Shown here in pieces: positions 49,208 to 57,886 of a stretch of 64,000 nt of DNA (position 1 is the first letter of the stretch; each line of letters opens with the position of its first letter). Below the pieces are notes generated by a model that had not been told where the DNA came from, did not search any database, and saw nothing but the letters and a program-made list of their open reading frames with translations. The DNA comes from Alphaproteobacteria bacterium (GTDB lineage: Bacteria > Pseudomonadota > Alphaproteobacteria > BOG-932 > Roseiterribacteraceae). The DNA is taken from assembly GCA_965276835.1 (NCBI GenBank), contig OZ255631.1, forward strand, positions 3,565,575-3,629,574. Reading direction: 5' to 3'. A program made the translations under genes and the position numbers.

Positions 49208-49459
49208 TCAAAACTCCACATCCCGTGACCGAGCGCGGTTCGATCCCGGGAATTCACCGCCTGGGAAGGTCCGTAGATAGGCAGCAAACCCGGGGCGCTT
49301 GCTTTCCAACGCCTTGCGCGCAATTTCCGCGGTCTCGGGTGAAACCAGCACGGCGGCGGGCTTGCCGTGACGCGTGATCGTCACGAACTCGCCCTTGATC
49401 GCTTTATCGACCAGATTGGAAAGTCCCGCCTCGGCATCTTTCAAGCTGACAGTCGGCAT
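49208..49459 (-). CDS. Phd/YefM-family antitoxin (no adjacent toxin)
   Basis: LSNLVDKA..GEFVTITRHGKPAAVLV; GGAGG RBS. Confidence 0.88.
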   Translation of the reverse strand: MPTVSLKDAEAGLSNLVDKAIKGEFVTITRHGKPAAVLVSPETAEIARKALESKRPGFAAYLRTFPGGEFPGSNRARSRDVEF

Positions 49460-49541
49460 CGGAGCCTCCGTGTCTAAGTTTCAATTCCCGCCGGCCGTTT
49501 TCGAATACACTGATGCTGAACGGACGCTTGCCCGTGGCACG

Positions 49542-49940
49542 CTACGCCGCTTCGTCATCCACCTTCCGTGGCCGGCCGCCACGTTTTCCATTCTCGCGGG
49601 ATGCCGCCGCCCTTATCTCCCGCTTGGTCCAGTCCAATGGACCGAGGAACCCTTCCAACAGACGCGAAACGGAAAAGTCCGCATCCAGTTTCGGAAAATG
49701 AAGCGTGCTGCCGACGCCCTCCACGGTGACGCCGGCCAGATCGTCCGCCGATGCGTCCTCCAAGCCATAGGCGCGCCGGGCATCGAATGAGAACTCGATC
49801 CCTGAATTCAGCTTGACCCACACCTTATGGCTCCGCCGATCGAATCGCGCCGAGAGCGCACGAGGAGCAGCGGGGACGCGGCTGGATTTTATCACAGCCT
49901 TCTTGAAGGCGGCTTCATCGATTGCCTTGAACTCAGCCAT
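49542..49940 (-). CDS. DUF2442-like protein
   Basis: GGAG-8nt-ATG 49940; LHFPKLDADFSV..LL.G, AAASRENGKRGGRPRK. Confidence 0.8.
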   Translation of the reverse strand: MAEFKAIDEAAFKKAVIKSSRVPAAPRALSARFDRRSHKVWVKLNSGIEFSFDARRAYGLEDASADDLAGVTVEGVGSTLHFPKLDADFSVSRLLEGFLGPLDWTKREIRAAASRENGKRGGRPRKVDDEAA

Positions 49941-50180
49941 GTATGTCACTCCACAGTTCGCAGCACGCGGGCAGGTTCTCCGCAACTCCCGGCCAAGTTC
50001 ATTGAGGTGGGAGAGGTTCCAATTCCCCTGACAATCCCAAAACTCAACCGGCCCCTTCGAACAATTCAACCTGAACCGCGCCTCGCAACCCTTCCAGAAG
50101 GCATGCACATGCGGCGGGGGATGATCGTTCGAGTCTACAGCCACCCGATAACGCCGCCGGCTGGTGAAAGCGGTTGCCAT
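49933..50180 (-). pseudogene. DUF4160-like gene with 1-bp deletion near 49985
   Basis: NDHPPPHVHA...ARFRL; the shifted frame gives AENLPACCELWSDIHG* ending at 49933. Confidence 0.75.
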
Positions 50181-50197
50181 GCAGAGTTGATATCAGA

Positions 50198-50219
50198 AAC
50201 CTAACCGGTGGTCTAGGTT
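50198..50219. promoter_or_regulatory. inverted repeat upstream of the DUF4160/DUF2442 pair (candidate autoregulatory operator)
   Basis: AACCTA-N10-TAGGTT starting 18 nt upstream of the start codon. Confidence 0.35.
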
Positions 50220-50224
50220 ATTGG

Positions 50225-50374
50225 TTCTGCGCCGTCATCACCCTGCCGGCGAACGCGCCGATGATACCCCTGAACGAACACATGCCGGTCATATTGCGCG
50301 AGGACCAATAGCCGAAATGGCTGGGCGAGGCGCCGGCGCACGAGCAGGAAATCAAAGACATGATGCGGCCCTAC
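50225..50374 (+). pseudogene. C-terminal remnant of SOS response-associated peptidase (SRAP/YedK)
   Basis: FCAVITLPANAPMIPLNEHMPVILREDQ*PKWLGE...MMRPY; internal TAG at 50309. Confidence 0.7.
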
Positions 50375-50525
50375 CTTCGACGACATGCGCCATGTAATTC
50401 TTCACCGCCTCCGGCGTCAGCTGGTCGGTCAGCAAGCTCAGAAATTGGGGCTTGCGCGCCATGATGGCGATGTTGGACAGGTTGCCCTTGTTGCCACTGC
50501 GGCCATGGGCCAACGACCTCATCAG
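50375..50525 (-). pseudogene. diverged duplicate fragment of the atuA-like C-terminal region
   Basis: LAHGRSGNKGNLSNIAIMARKPQFL.LLTDQLTPEAVKNYMAHVVEG matches 51551-51700. Confidence 0.9.
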
Positions 50526-50630
50526 GCGATGACACATCAACCGCGAAAGGAAGGAAGTGCCGTGTATTGCGGGTGACTATGGTGAGCCCGTGCCCTGTGC
50601 GATACCGGCGATGACCCCTCGTCAGCGAGA

Positions 50631-51140
50631 CTAGCTGCGCGGCTTAGGCGGCGGCGGCGGCGGTAAACCGGGCGCGCCATTGAAACCCACCCCAACGATC
50701 TTGCGCTCTGTTTCATCATAGGTGACGCCGAAGAAAAACGGACCGCCATCGCAAACCATGTATGCCTCATTCGTTTCGGTTTGCTCATGCATCTTCGGGA
50801 ATTCCTCGGTCGGATAGAAATTTCCGTAAATAAGCTGCCGGCCTTCTATAACGATGCCGACATATTGTCTGTGATAGGTCTCCAACAGATCGGGGCGGTC
50901 GAGTTTGAAATCGTGGTAGCCTGTAAGTTCAGGCGCCAATTTGCTTTCGAGGTCGTCTAAATCTTTGGCCGAGGGAATCCAAAAGCTGCTCGTGCCCCGA
51001 GGCGCCGGGCGCGAGCATTGACCCAACACCTGCGCGCGGGCATCGCCCGCCAGGATAAAACGCTTGGGCGGGCTCGCCTCGCCAGGACTGCAGGCCGCAA
51101 GCGACACGGCGCAACAGATACTCAAAAGCGCACGCATCAT
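50631..51140 (-). CDS. hypothetical lipoprotein
   Basis: Lipobox SLAAC; QCSR, RQYVG, VCDGG..FFG; poly-Pro tail. Confidence 0.75.
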   Translation of the reverse strand: MMRALLSICCAVSLAACSPGEASPPKRFILAGDARAQVLGQCSRPAPRGTSSFWIPSAKDLDDLESKLAPELTGYHDFKLDRPDLLETYHRQYVGIVIEGRQLIYGNFYPTEEFPKMHEQTETNEAYMVCDGGPFFFGVTYDETERKIVGVGFNGAPGLPPPPPPKPRS

Positions 51141-51198
51141 ATCCCCTCATGAACCCGGCGGCGGCGGCGCGACCGGCAGGCGGTTGGCTGTTCCAATG

Positions 51199-51343
51199 CC
51201 TCGCCCCTCAGGGGGGAGGTCGGATTGCGCAGCAATCCGGGTGAGGGGGCTCTATCCGCCTGCACGCTGGTCACGGAGCAATCGGTGAGAGCCACCCTCA
51301 CCCGGAACGCTTTGCGTTCCGACCTCTCCCTCGAAGGGAGAGG
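51199..51343. repeat. GC-rich palindromic intergenic repeat, copy 3
   Basis: Complete two-arm copy; close to the reverse complement of copy 4. Confidence 0.9.
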
Positions 51344-51359
51344 CTATTTAGGTTTCCGC

Positions 51360-53162
51360 TCAGCCGACCACAACCAGTCCCTGATCGACCCAATCCTTCG
51401 GCACCTTCACCGGGAAGTCCATCAGCATCTGCGCATGCGCCTTGCCCTGCGGGTCGTAACGCAGCGACGCCACGCCGCCGCCGCCCAGTGAGCCGTTCAG
51501 GATGAAGTTGAAGCCGTGGAAGCCGGGCCAGTCGTAGCGTTCGACCGTGCCCTCCACGACATGGGCCATGTAGTTCTTCACCGCCTCCGGCGTGAGCTGG
51601 TCGGTCAGCACACCTAGGAATTCCGGCTTGCGGGCCATGACAGCGATATTGGACAGGTTGCCCTTGTCGCCGCTGCGGCCATGGGCGAGTGCGATCAGCG
51701 GAACCGTCGTCGTTTCGCCGGTCAGCGCCTTGGCAGGGGCGGCCGGTTTCGGCTGATAGGGCGGCACGGCCTGGCCCTCGGTCGTCACCGACACGGGGAT
51801 GCGCTTGCCCTCGAAATCGACCTCGATCTTCACGCGGGCCTTGTCCAGCAGGAAGGAATAGAGGCGCAGCACCGGCTGCACGCTGGGGCGGCCGCCGGCG
51901 AAGCCGGAGATGCCTTGCGCCATGCCGGTGGCGGCGGGGGCGATTTCGCGGGTGAAGATATCGACCGCGCGTTTGTCCATATGGCGGACGCCGACCTTCA
52001 GGATCACCTCGCGCACATGGCTCGCCCGGCCGTGCGGGCCATAGGTCGCCTCGGCGCCCAGCACCTCGATCGAGGTGTCGACATAATCGGCCAGGCCTTC
52101 GCGGGCGAAGATCAGGCTGGTGCGCTTCAAAATCGCCTGGCCCATGGCCTGCGCCTTCAAGGGCGCGTCGACGCCGTTCACCATCAAAGTGGCGATGGAG
52201 CGGAAGCCCTCGGGATAGGTCGCGCTGACCTTATAGGTCGGGGTCGGGGCCTTGCCGCGCACGTTGGTGACGTTGACCCTGTCCTTGCCGACCTGTTCGA
52301 CATGGACATTCGACAGGTCGCAGACCACGTCGGGCAGGATGTAGTTGGCCGGATCGCCGGTTTCATAGGTGATCTGTTCGGCCACCGTCTGGGTCGAGAC
52401 CAGGCCACCGGTGCCGGTCGGCTTGGTGACGATGAAGCTGCCGTCGGCTTTGCACTCGGCGATCGGGAAACCGATATTGTGCCAGCCCTCGGCCACCAGC
52501 TTCCAATCGGTGAAGATGCCGCCGGTCGCCTGCGGGCCGCATTCGATGACATGCCCGGCCATGGTGCCGGCCGCCAGCCTGTCGAAATCGGTCGCGGTCC
52601 ATCCGAATTCATGGATCAATGGCCCCAGCGCGAGGGCGCTGTCGGCGGCGCGGCCGGTGACGACGATGTCCGCGCCGGCGGCGAGCGCTGCGGCGATCGG
52701 GAAGGCGCCGATATAGGCGTTGGCGGAGACGATCTTTTCCGGCATCTGGGCGCCGGATTGAACTTCCTTCACGCCCTCGGCGCGCAGTTCCTCGACCATC
52801 CCGTGGATGTCGTCGCCGACGACGGCTGCAACCTTCAGCTTCACGCCCTGGTCGGCCAGAACCTTCTCGACGGCGTCGCGGCAGGCGAGCGGGTTCACGC
52901 CGCCGGCGTTGCACACCACCTTGATGCCGCGCGCGGCGATTTCCTTGGCATAGGGCGCGATGAACTGGGCGACGAAGTCAGGCGGATAGCCCATCGCCGG
53001 ATCCTTCGCCTTGGCGCGGGCCAGCAGCGACATGGTGATCTCAGCCAGGTAATCCATGACCAGGTAATCGACCTGGCCGGAATAAACCAGTTGGCGCGCG
53101 CCCTCGGGCGTATCGCCCCAGAAACCGGATGCGCCGCCGAGCCTTACGATTTTGTCAGTCAT
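51360..53162 (-). CDS. AtuA-family (acyclic terpene utilisation, DUF1446) protein
   Basis: RLGGASGFWGD, DYLAEITM, GHVIECG.QATGG, AHGRSGDKGN. Confidence 0.9.
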   Translation of the reverse strand: MTDKIVRLGGASGFWGDTPEGARQLVYSGQVDYLVMDYLAEITMSLLARAKAKDPAMGYPPDFVAQFIAPYAKEIAARGIKVVCNAGGVNPLACRDAVEKVLADQGVKLKVAAVVGDDIHGMVEELRAEGVKEVQSGAQMPEKIVSANAYIGAFPIAAALAAGADIVVTGRAADSALALGPLIHEFGWTATDFDRLAAGTMAGHVIECGPQATGGIFTDWKLVAEGWHNIGFPIAECKADGSFIVTKPTGTGGLVSTQTVAEQITYETGDPANYILPDVVCDLSNVHVEQVGKDRVNVTNVRGKAPTPTYKVSATYPEGFRSIATLMVNGVDAPLKAQAMGQAILKRTSLIFAREGLADYVDTSIEVLGAEATYGPHGRASHVREVILKVGVRHMDKRAVDIFTREIAPAATGMAQGISGFAGGRPSVQPVLRLYSFLLDKARVKIEVDFEGKRIPVSVTTEGQAVPPYQPKPAAPAKALTGETTTVPLIALAHGRSGDKGNLSNIAVMARKPEFLGVLTDQLTPEAVKNYMAHVVEGTVERYDWPGFHGFNFILNGSLGGGGVASLRYDPQGKAHAQMLMDFPVKVPKDWVDQGLVVVG

Positions 53163-53203
53163 TGCACTTTCCTGCCGTTTCGTCGTGTCATCGTCCGAAT
53201 TCG

Positions 53204-53349
53204 CCTCCCCCTTCGAGGGGGAGGTCGGAACGCAAAGCGTTCCGGGTGGGGGTGGCTCTCACCGATTGCTCCGTGATCGAAGAGAAGGCGGATGGAGCCC
53301 CCCTCACCCGGATTGCTACGCAATCCGACCTCTCCCCCGAGGGGAGAGG
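53204..53349. repeat. GC-rich palindromic intergenic repeat, copy 4
   Basis: Shares the spacer CTCACCGATTGCTCCGTGA with the reverse complement of copy 3. Confidence 0.9.
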
Positions 53350-53377
53350 CGATTTACTGAAAGTCGCGCGGCGTAAA

Positions 53378-54148
53378 TCACTTCGCGGTGAAGCCGCCGT
53401 CGACCGGGATTGCGACCCCGGTTATGTAGGCGGATTCGTCGGACGCCAGGAACAAGGCCGTGTTGGCGATATCCTCCGCCTGGGCGACGCGGCCCAGCGG
53501 GATCATGCCGACGAACTTCTTCTGCGTTTCCGCCGCCTGGTCGTCGCTGGCGTTGCGGCCCATGAAGCCGCGCAGCATCGGGGTCTCGGTCAGGCCCGGG
53601 CAGATCACGTTGACGCGGATTTGTTCGGGGCCGTAACGCAGCGACAGCGATTTGCACAGACCGACGACCGCGAACTTGCCCGCCGAATAAAGCGGCGACA
53701 GCTGGGAGCCGACGATGCCGGAGATCGAGGCCGTCAGGATCACCGAACCGCCGCCGCGCTTGCGGATATGCTTCACCGCCTCCCCCACCGTCAGGTAGCA
53801 GGAGCGCACGTTCAGCGACATCGACAGCTCGTAATCGGCAAGGTCGATATCCTCGACCACGTCGGTGCCGGGGATGCCGGCATGGGCCCAGAAAATGTCG
53901 ATCCCACCCAGTTTCTCAGCCGCGTCGGCGATCGAACCACGGCATTCCTGCGCGTTGGTCAGGTCGGCGCGGATGGCGAAGGCGGTGCCGCCCGCGGCCT
54001 GGATCTGGCCGGCGACGTCCTTGGCTGCGGCCTCATTAATATCGACGATGGCGACCGAGGCGCCTTCCTTGGCGAATTTCAGGCTGGCGGCCTTGCCCAT
54101 GCCCGACGCACCGGCGGTGATGACCGTCAACTTCCCCTTGAGACGCAT
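53378..54148 (-). CDS. SDR family oxidoreductase
   Basis: TAGASGMG, YSAGK, IRVNVICPG, YITGVAIPVDGG. Confidence 0.92.
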   Translation of the reverse strand: MRLKGKLTVITAGASGMGKAASLKFAKEGASVAIVDINEAAAKDVAGQIQAAGGTAFAIRADLTNAQECRGSIADAAEKLGGIDIFWAHAGIPGTDVVEDIDLADYELSMSLNVRSCYLTVGEAVKHIRKRGGGSVILTASISGIVGSQLSPLYSAGKFAVVGLCKSLSLRYGPEQIRVNVICPGLTETPMLRGFMGRNASDDQAAETQKKFVGMIPLGRVAQAEDIANTALFLASDESAYITGVAIPVDGGFTAK

Positions 54149-54160
54149 TCTTAGATGTCC

Positions 54161-55639
54161 TTACTGCGCATAGGCGTCGGGATAGGCGCCGCCCAGATTG
54201 ATGATGGTCGACTTGGTTTCGAAATAGGGCTCCAGCCCCTCCGAACCGTTCTCGCGATTGAGACCGCTGATTTTATAGCCGCCATACGGAATGTTGTAGC
54301 GGATGTAGCGATAGGTGTTGACCCAAACCATGCCGGCCTGGATCTGCGCCGCGACACGGTGCGCCCGGCCGACATTCTGGGTCCATAAGCCCGCCACCAG
54401 CCCGTATTCGGTGTCGTTGGCGATGGCGACCGCCTCTTCCTCGGTCTTGAACTTGATGACGCCGACGACCGGGCCGAAGATCTCCTCGCGGGCGATCCGC
54501 ATGGAGTTGGTCACGTCGGCGAATACGGTCGGCTTTACGAAATAGCCGTCGCCCATCGAGCTGATCCGCTCGCCGCCGACGACCAGGCGGGCACCTTCGT
54601 TCCGGCCGATATCGAGATAGCGCAGAGTCTTCTGCAACTGCTCGTCATGGGCCTGCGGCCCCATCTGGGTGGCGGGATCGAGCGCGTTGCCGATGCGGAC
54701 ATTCTGCGACCGGCGGGCGATCTCGTTGACCACCTTGTCGTACACGCTTTCATGGACCAGCAGGCGCGAGCCCAGCGCGCAGCTTTGCCCGCACAGCGCA
54801 AAGGCGCTGTGGGTCGCGGCGTTGATCGCCTGCTCCAGGTCGGCATCGTCGAAGATGATGTGCGGGGACTTGCCGCCGGTTTCGAACGATAGGCGCTTCA
54901 GATTGACCGACGCGCCTTTCATGATCTCCATCGCCGTGCGGTGCTCGCCGGTGAAGGAAATCTTGTTCACATTTTTATGGCCGACCAGATGCGCGCCCGC
55001 CGTGGCGCCCAGACCCGGCACGACATTGATGACGCCCTTGGGTACGCCTGCTTCCTCTGCCAGCTTGGCCAGTTCGAAGGCGGTGACCGGGGTCTGCTCG
55101 GCCGGCTTGATGACCATGGTGCAGCCGGCCGCCAAGGCGGGGGCCATCTTCCACATCACGGTCTGCAGCGGTGCGTTCCACGGCGTGATCATGCCGACGA
55201 CGCCGACAGGCTCGCGCGTCGTATAGACATGGACGCCCGGGTCGGCCTGGATGTTGCTGCCCCGGATGTTCGCGGCGAGGCCGGAGTAATAATAATAATA
55301 TTGCGGGTGACCGGCGATGCCGGCCCGGCTGTCGCGGATCGGCATGCCGTTGTCGCTGGATTCCAGCTCGGCCAGGCGACCGGCGTTGGCGGCGTAAAGA
55401 TCGCCCAGCTTGCGCAGGATGTTCGACCGGTCGGTGCCGGTCATCTTGCGCCATGGGCCACGAAACGCTTCGTTCGCCGCCGTTACCGCGCGGTCGATGT
55501 CGCCGGTGCCGGCATAGGCGGCTGTCGCCCATTCCTTGCCGGTCGACGGGTTGATCGAGGCGATGACCTCACCGTCCGTGGGCGCGACCCACTCCCCGCC
55601 GATGAACAGCTTCTCATGGCGCAACAGATCTTCGGACAT
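54161..55639 (-). CDS. aldehyde dehydrogenase
   Basis: ITPWN, FTGE, FETGGKSP, GQSCALGS, EEIFGP. Confidence 0.93.
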   Translation of the reverse strand: MSEDLLRHEKLFIGGEWVAPTDGEVIASINPSTGKEWATAAYAGTGDIDRAVTAANEAFRGPWRKMTGTDRSNILRKLGDLYAANAGRLAELESSDNGMPIRDSRAGIAGHPQYYYYYSGLAANIRGSNIQADPGVHVYTTREPVGVVGMITPWNAPLQTVMWKMAPALAAGCTMVIKPAEQTPVTAFELAKLAEEAGVPKGVINVVPGLGATAGAHLVGHKNVNKISFTGEHRTAMEIMKGASVNLKRLSFETGGKSPHIIFDDADLEQAINAATHSAFALCGQSCALGSRLLVHESVYDKVVNEIARRSQNVRIGNALDPATQMGPQAHDEQLQKTLRYLDIGRNEGARLVVGGERISSMGDGYFVKPTVFADVTNSMRIAREEIFGPVVGVIKFKTEEEAVAIANDTEYGLVAGLWTQNVGRAHRVAAQIQAGMVWVNTYRYIRYNIPYGGYKISGLNRENGSEGLEPYFETKSTIINLGGAYPDAYAQ

Positions 55640-55672
55640 CGCATTTCCTCCCCAGGATAGTTCGGTGCCTTG

Positions 55673-56437
55673 TTAGCGCCCTTTCCAAACCGGCGCACGC
55701 TTTTCCGCGAAGGCCAGCGGGCCTTCCTGCGCGTCTTCGCTCAGGTACGCGGAGTCGAACGCGGCGCGCGCGGCCTCCAAAGCGGCCGAGCGGCCCATTT
55801 CCGTCGCCATATAGACCGAGCGGCGGCATGCCTTGACCGTCAGCGGCGCGTTGGCGGCGATCAGGTTCGCCATGGCCAGGGCCGTGTCCAGCAGGTCGGC
55901 CAGCGGCACGACCTTGTTGATATAGCCCAGCTCATACAGGCGCTGCGACGTCACCGGCGCGGCGGTCAGCAGGATTTCCATCATCACGCGCTGCGGCAGC
56001 ATATGGATCAGCGGAGTCGCCCAGGGCGAACCGCGCCCGACCTTGGCCTCGGTGATGCCGAAGGTTGCATGATCGGCGGCGACGCACAGGTCGCACATCT
56101 GCGAGATCAGGAAGCCGCCGGCAAAGGCGACGCCGTTCACGGCCGCGATCGTCGGCTTGGACACATGCACGTTGTCGCCGATCACCGGCACCAGCCCGCG
56201 CGGCGGGATGCGCAGTGTGGTCGCGCTCATTTCCTTCAGGTCCATGCCGGCGCAGAACGCCTTCTCACCCGTGCCGGTCAGGATCGCGACCTTGGCGTCG
56301 TCGTCCTTCTCGAACCGGTCCCAGGCATCCCACAGGCCCTGGCGCACGGCGATGCCCAGCGCGTTGCGGCGGTCGGGCTGGTTGATCGTGATGACCGCGA
56401 CCTGGCCCTTCATTTCATAGAGAACGGCTTCCGACAT
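55673..56437 (-). CDS. enoyl-CoA hydratase/isomerase
   Basis: AFCAGMDL, NGVAFAGG, ITEAKVG; start moved to ATG 56437. Confidence 0.9.
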   Translation of the reverse strand: MSEAVLYEMKGQVAVITINQPDRRNALGIAVRQGLWDAWDRFEKDDDAKVAILTGTGEKAFCAGMDLKEMSATTLRIPPRGLVPVIGDNVHVSKPTIAAVNGVAFAGGFLISQMCDLCVAADHATFGITEAKVGRGSPWATPLIHMLPQRVMMEILLTAAPVTSQRLYELGYINKVVPLADLLDTALAMANLIAANAPLTVKACRRSVYMATEMGRSAALEAARAAFDSAYLSEDAQEGPLAFAEKRAPVWKGR

Positions 56438-56531
56438 GTCCCTGAACACTCCTTGTTCGGCCGGCGCGGGCATGCCGCGCCGCCGTTCGTCCGATATGAA
56501 TTCCCCGTGCCATGCGAGCGACGCTCAACAA

Positions 56532-56569
56532 GTTCACGACGGTGGACCTTAATGTTCAGTTTGGTGAAC
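56532..56569. promoter_or_regulatory. two copies of GTTCAS-N4-GTGRAC upstream of the ECH-ALDH-SDR-AtuA operon
   Basis: GTTCAC-gacg-GTGGAC (56532-56547) and GTTCAG-tttg-GTGAAC (56554-56569). Confidence 0.55.
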
Positions 56570-56614
56570 GGAGTCAACTTGCCAGAGGTTAATGAGCCTT
56601 ACTCATTTAGGCCG

Positions 56615-56965
56615 CTACATCGAGCGCCCGTCGAACGCCATGACCGGCACCGACGCCAGATCGATGCCGTCGAGGCAGCGGATATTGATGTAAGCCATCG
56701 CGCCGCCGGTCGCGTTCAGGTCTTCGGCGACGGGATGGATGCCGCAGGTCTTGCAGAACCGATGGGCGATCGCGTGCTTGTGGAAACTATAGGTTCCGAG
56801 GCCACCCTCGGGCGCCGTCACGCTGAGCGCATCGCGCGGCACGGCGAACAGTAGGGCGCCCTTGGCCGTACAGATCGAGCAGTTGCAGGAAACCACGCCG
56901 CCCGACAGATCGCCGTCAACTTCGAACGCCACCGCGCCGCAATGGCAGGACCCTGTGTAATGCAT
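56615..56965 (-). CDS. GFA / CENP-V family Zn-binding protein
   Basis: GSCHCGAV, CNCSIC, HRFCKTCGIHP. Confidence 0.92.
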   Translation of the reverse strand: MHYTGSCHCGAVAFEVDGDLSGGVVSCNCSICTAKGALLFAVPRDALSVTAPEGGLGTYSFHKHAIAHRFCKTCGIHPVAEDLNATGGAMAYINIRCLDGIDLASVPVMAFDGRSM

Positions 56966-57034
56966 CGCAACTCTCCTTGTCTGCGTCTGTTCCTAGGACG
57001 CACCGAGGGGCCGGCGTCCGACATTGCCGGAAAA

Positions 57035-57766
57035 TTAATTCGCGATGTAGGCGCCTGCGGCGTCCCGCAACATCGCACCGAGAGCGTCCATCCGCTTTTC
57101 CATGCGGAAATTCGGCCCGCCGATGGAGATCGCGAGCGGCCTGCCGGCCAACGGCAGCATGACGGACAGCCCCATGACGTCGGAGGTGAACTGCGTCGCG
57201 CCCAGAAACCAGCCTTGGCGCATGCCCTCGGCAATCTCCGCTTCGACCGCGGCGATGCTCATCGGGGTGTTGGGCTGATAACGCTCGAACTTGATCTTGC
57301 CCAGCACGCTCTGCCGTTCGGCCACGGAATATTGCGCCAGGATCGCCTTGCCCGTGGCGGTCGCATGAATCGGCAGGCGTTTGCCGATCTCAGCGAAATA
57401 GCGGATCGGGGAGTCGGACTCGACGACATCGAGAAACACCACGCGATCGCCGGCCGGGGCCGCGACATAGCAGGTCTCGCCGGTCTCCCGCACCACGTCC
57501 AGCAGCAGCCGGTGCAGCGACGGCGGCAGGGGCTCGGCCTCCGAAATGCCCCGCGCCAGGGAAAGCCAGCGCGGCGTCGGGTAATATCCGGCGCGCGGCT
57601 TCGGTTCATACAGGAACCCGCGCTCGACCAAGGTGCCGACCATGTTGAAGGTGCTGGAACGCGGCCAGCCGAATTCCTGCGCGATCTCCGACAGAGTCGC
57701 CGGCCGGCGGACCCGCGCGAAGAACTCAAGTATGTCGAGGACGTTGGCGGCTTGCTTGACGATCAT
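57035..57766 (-). CDS. IclR-family transcriptional regulator
   Basis: VLDILEFF...LSEIAQEFGWPRSSTFNMVGTLVERGFL, LPIHATATGKAILA; start moved to ATG 57766. Confidence 0.9.
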   Translation of the reverse strand: MIVKQAANVLDILEFFARVRRPATLSEIAQEFGWPRSSTFNMVGTLVERGFLYEPKPRAGYYPTPRWLSLARGISEAEPLPPSLHRLLLDVVRETGETCYVAAPAGDRVVFLDVVESDSPIRYFAEIGKRLPIHATATGKAILAQYSVAERQSVLGKIKFERYQPNTPMSIAAVEAEIAEGMRQGWFLGATQFTSDVMGLSVMLPLAGRPLAISIGGPNFRMEKRMDALGAMLRDAAGAYIAN

Positions 57767-57886
57767 GCGGCGAACATAGCGGGCCGAAGTGGAAGGGCAA
57801 GCAGCCATGATCGGCACCCCGCATTGCTTCGCTTCGCCGGCAATGACAGTTTCAAAAGCACCGGGATGAAGAAAAGCGGAGCCCCT

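Noticed and set aside
51681-53276. 531-aa plus-strand ORF
   Set aside because: Shadow of the atuA-like gene
46610-53349. Palindromic repeats as a CRISPR array
   Set aside because: No regular repeat-spacer periodicity and no cas genes
56942-57886. N-terminal extension of the PaaI ORF
   Set aside because: Antisense to iclR; RBS and family start are at 57887
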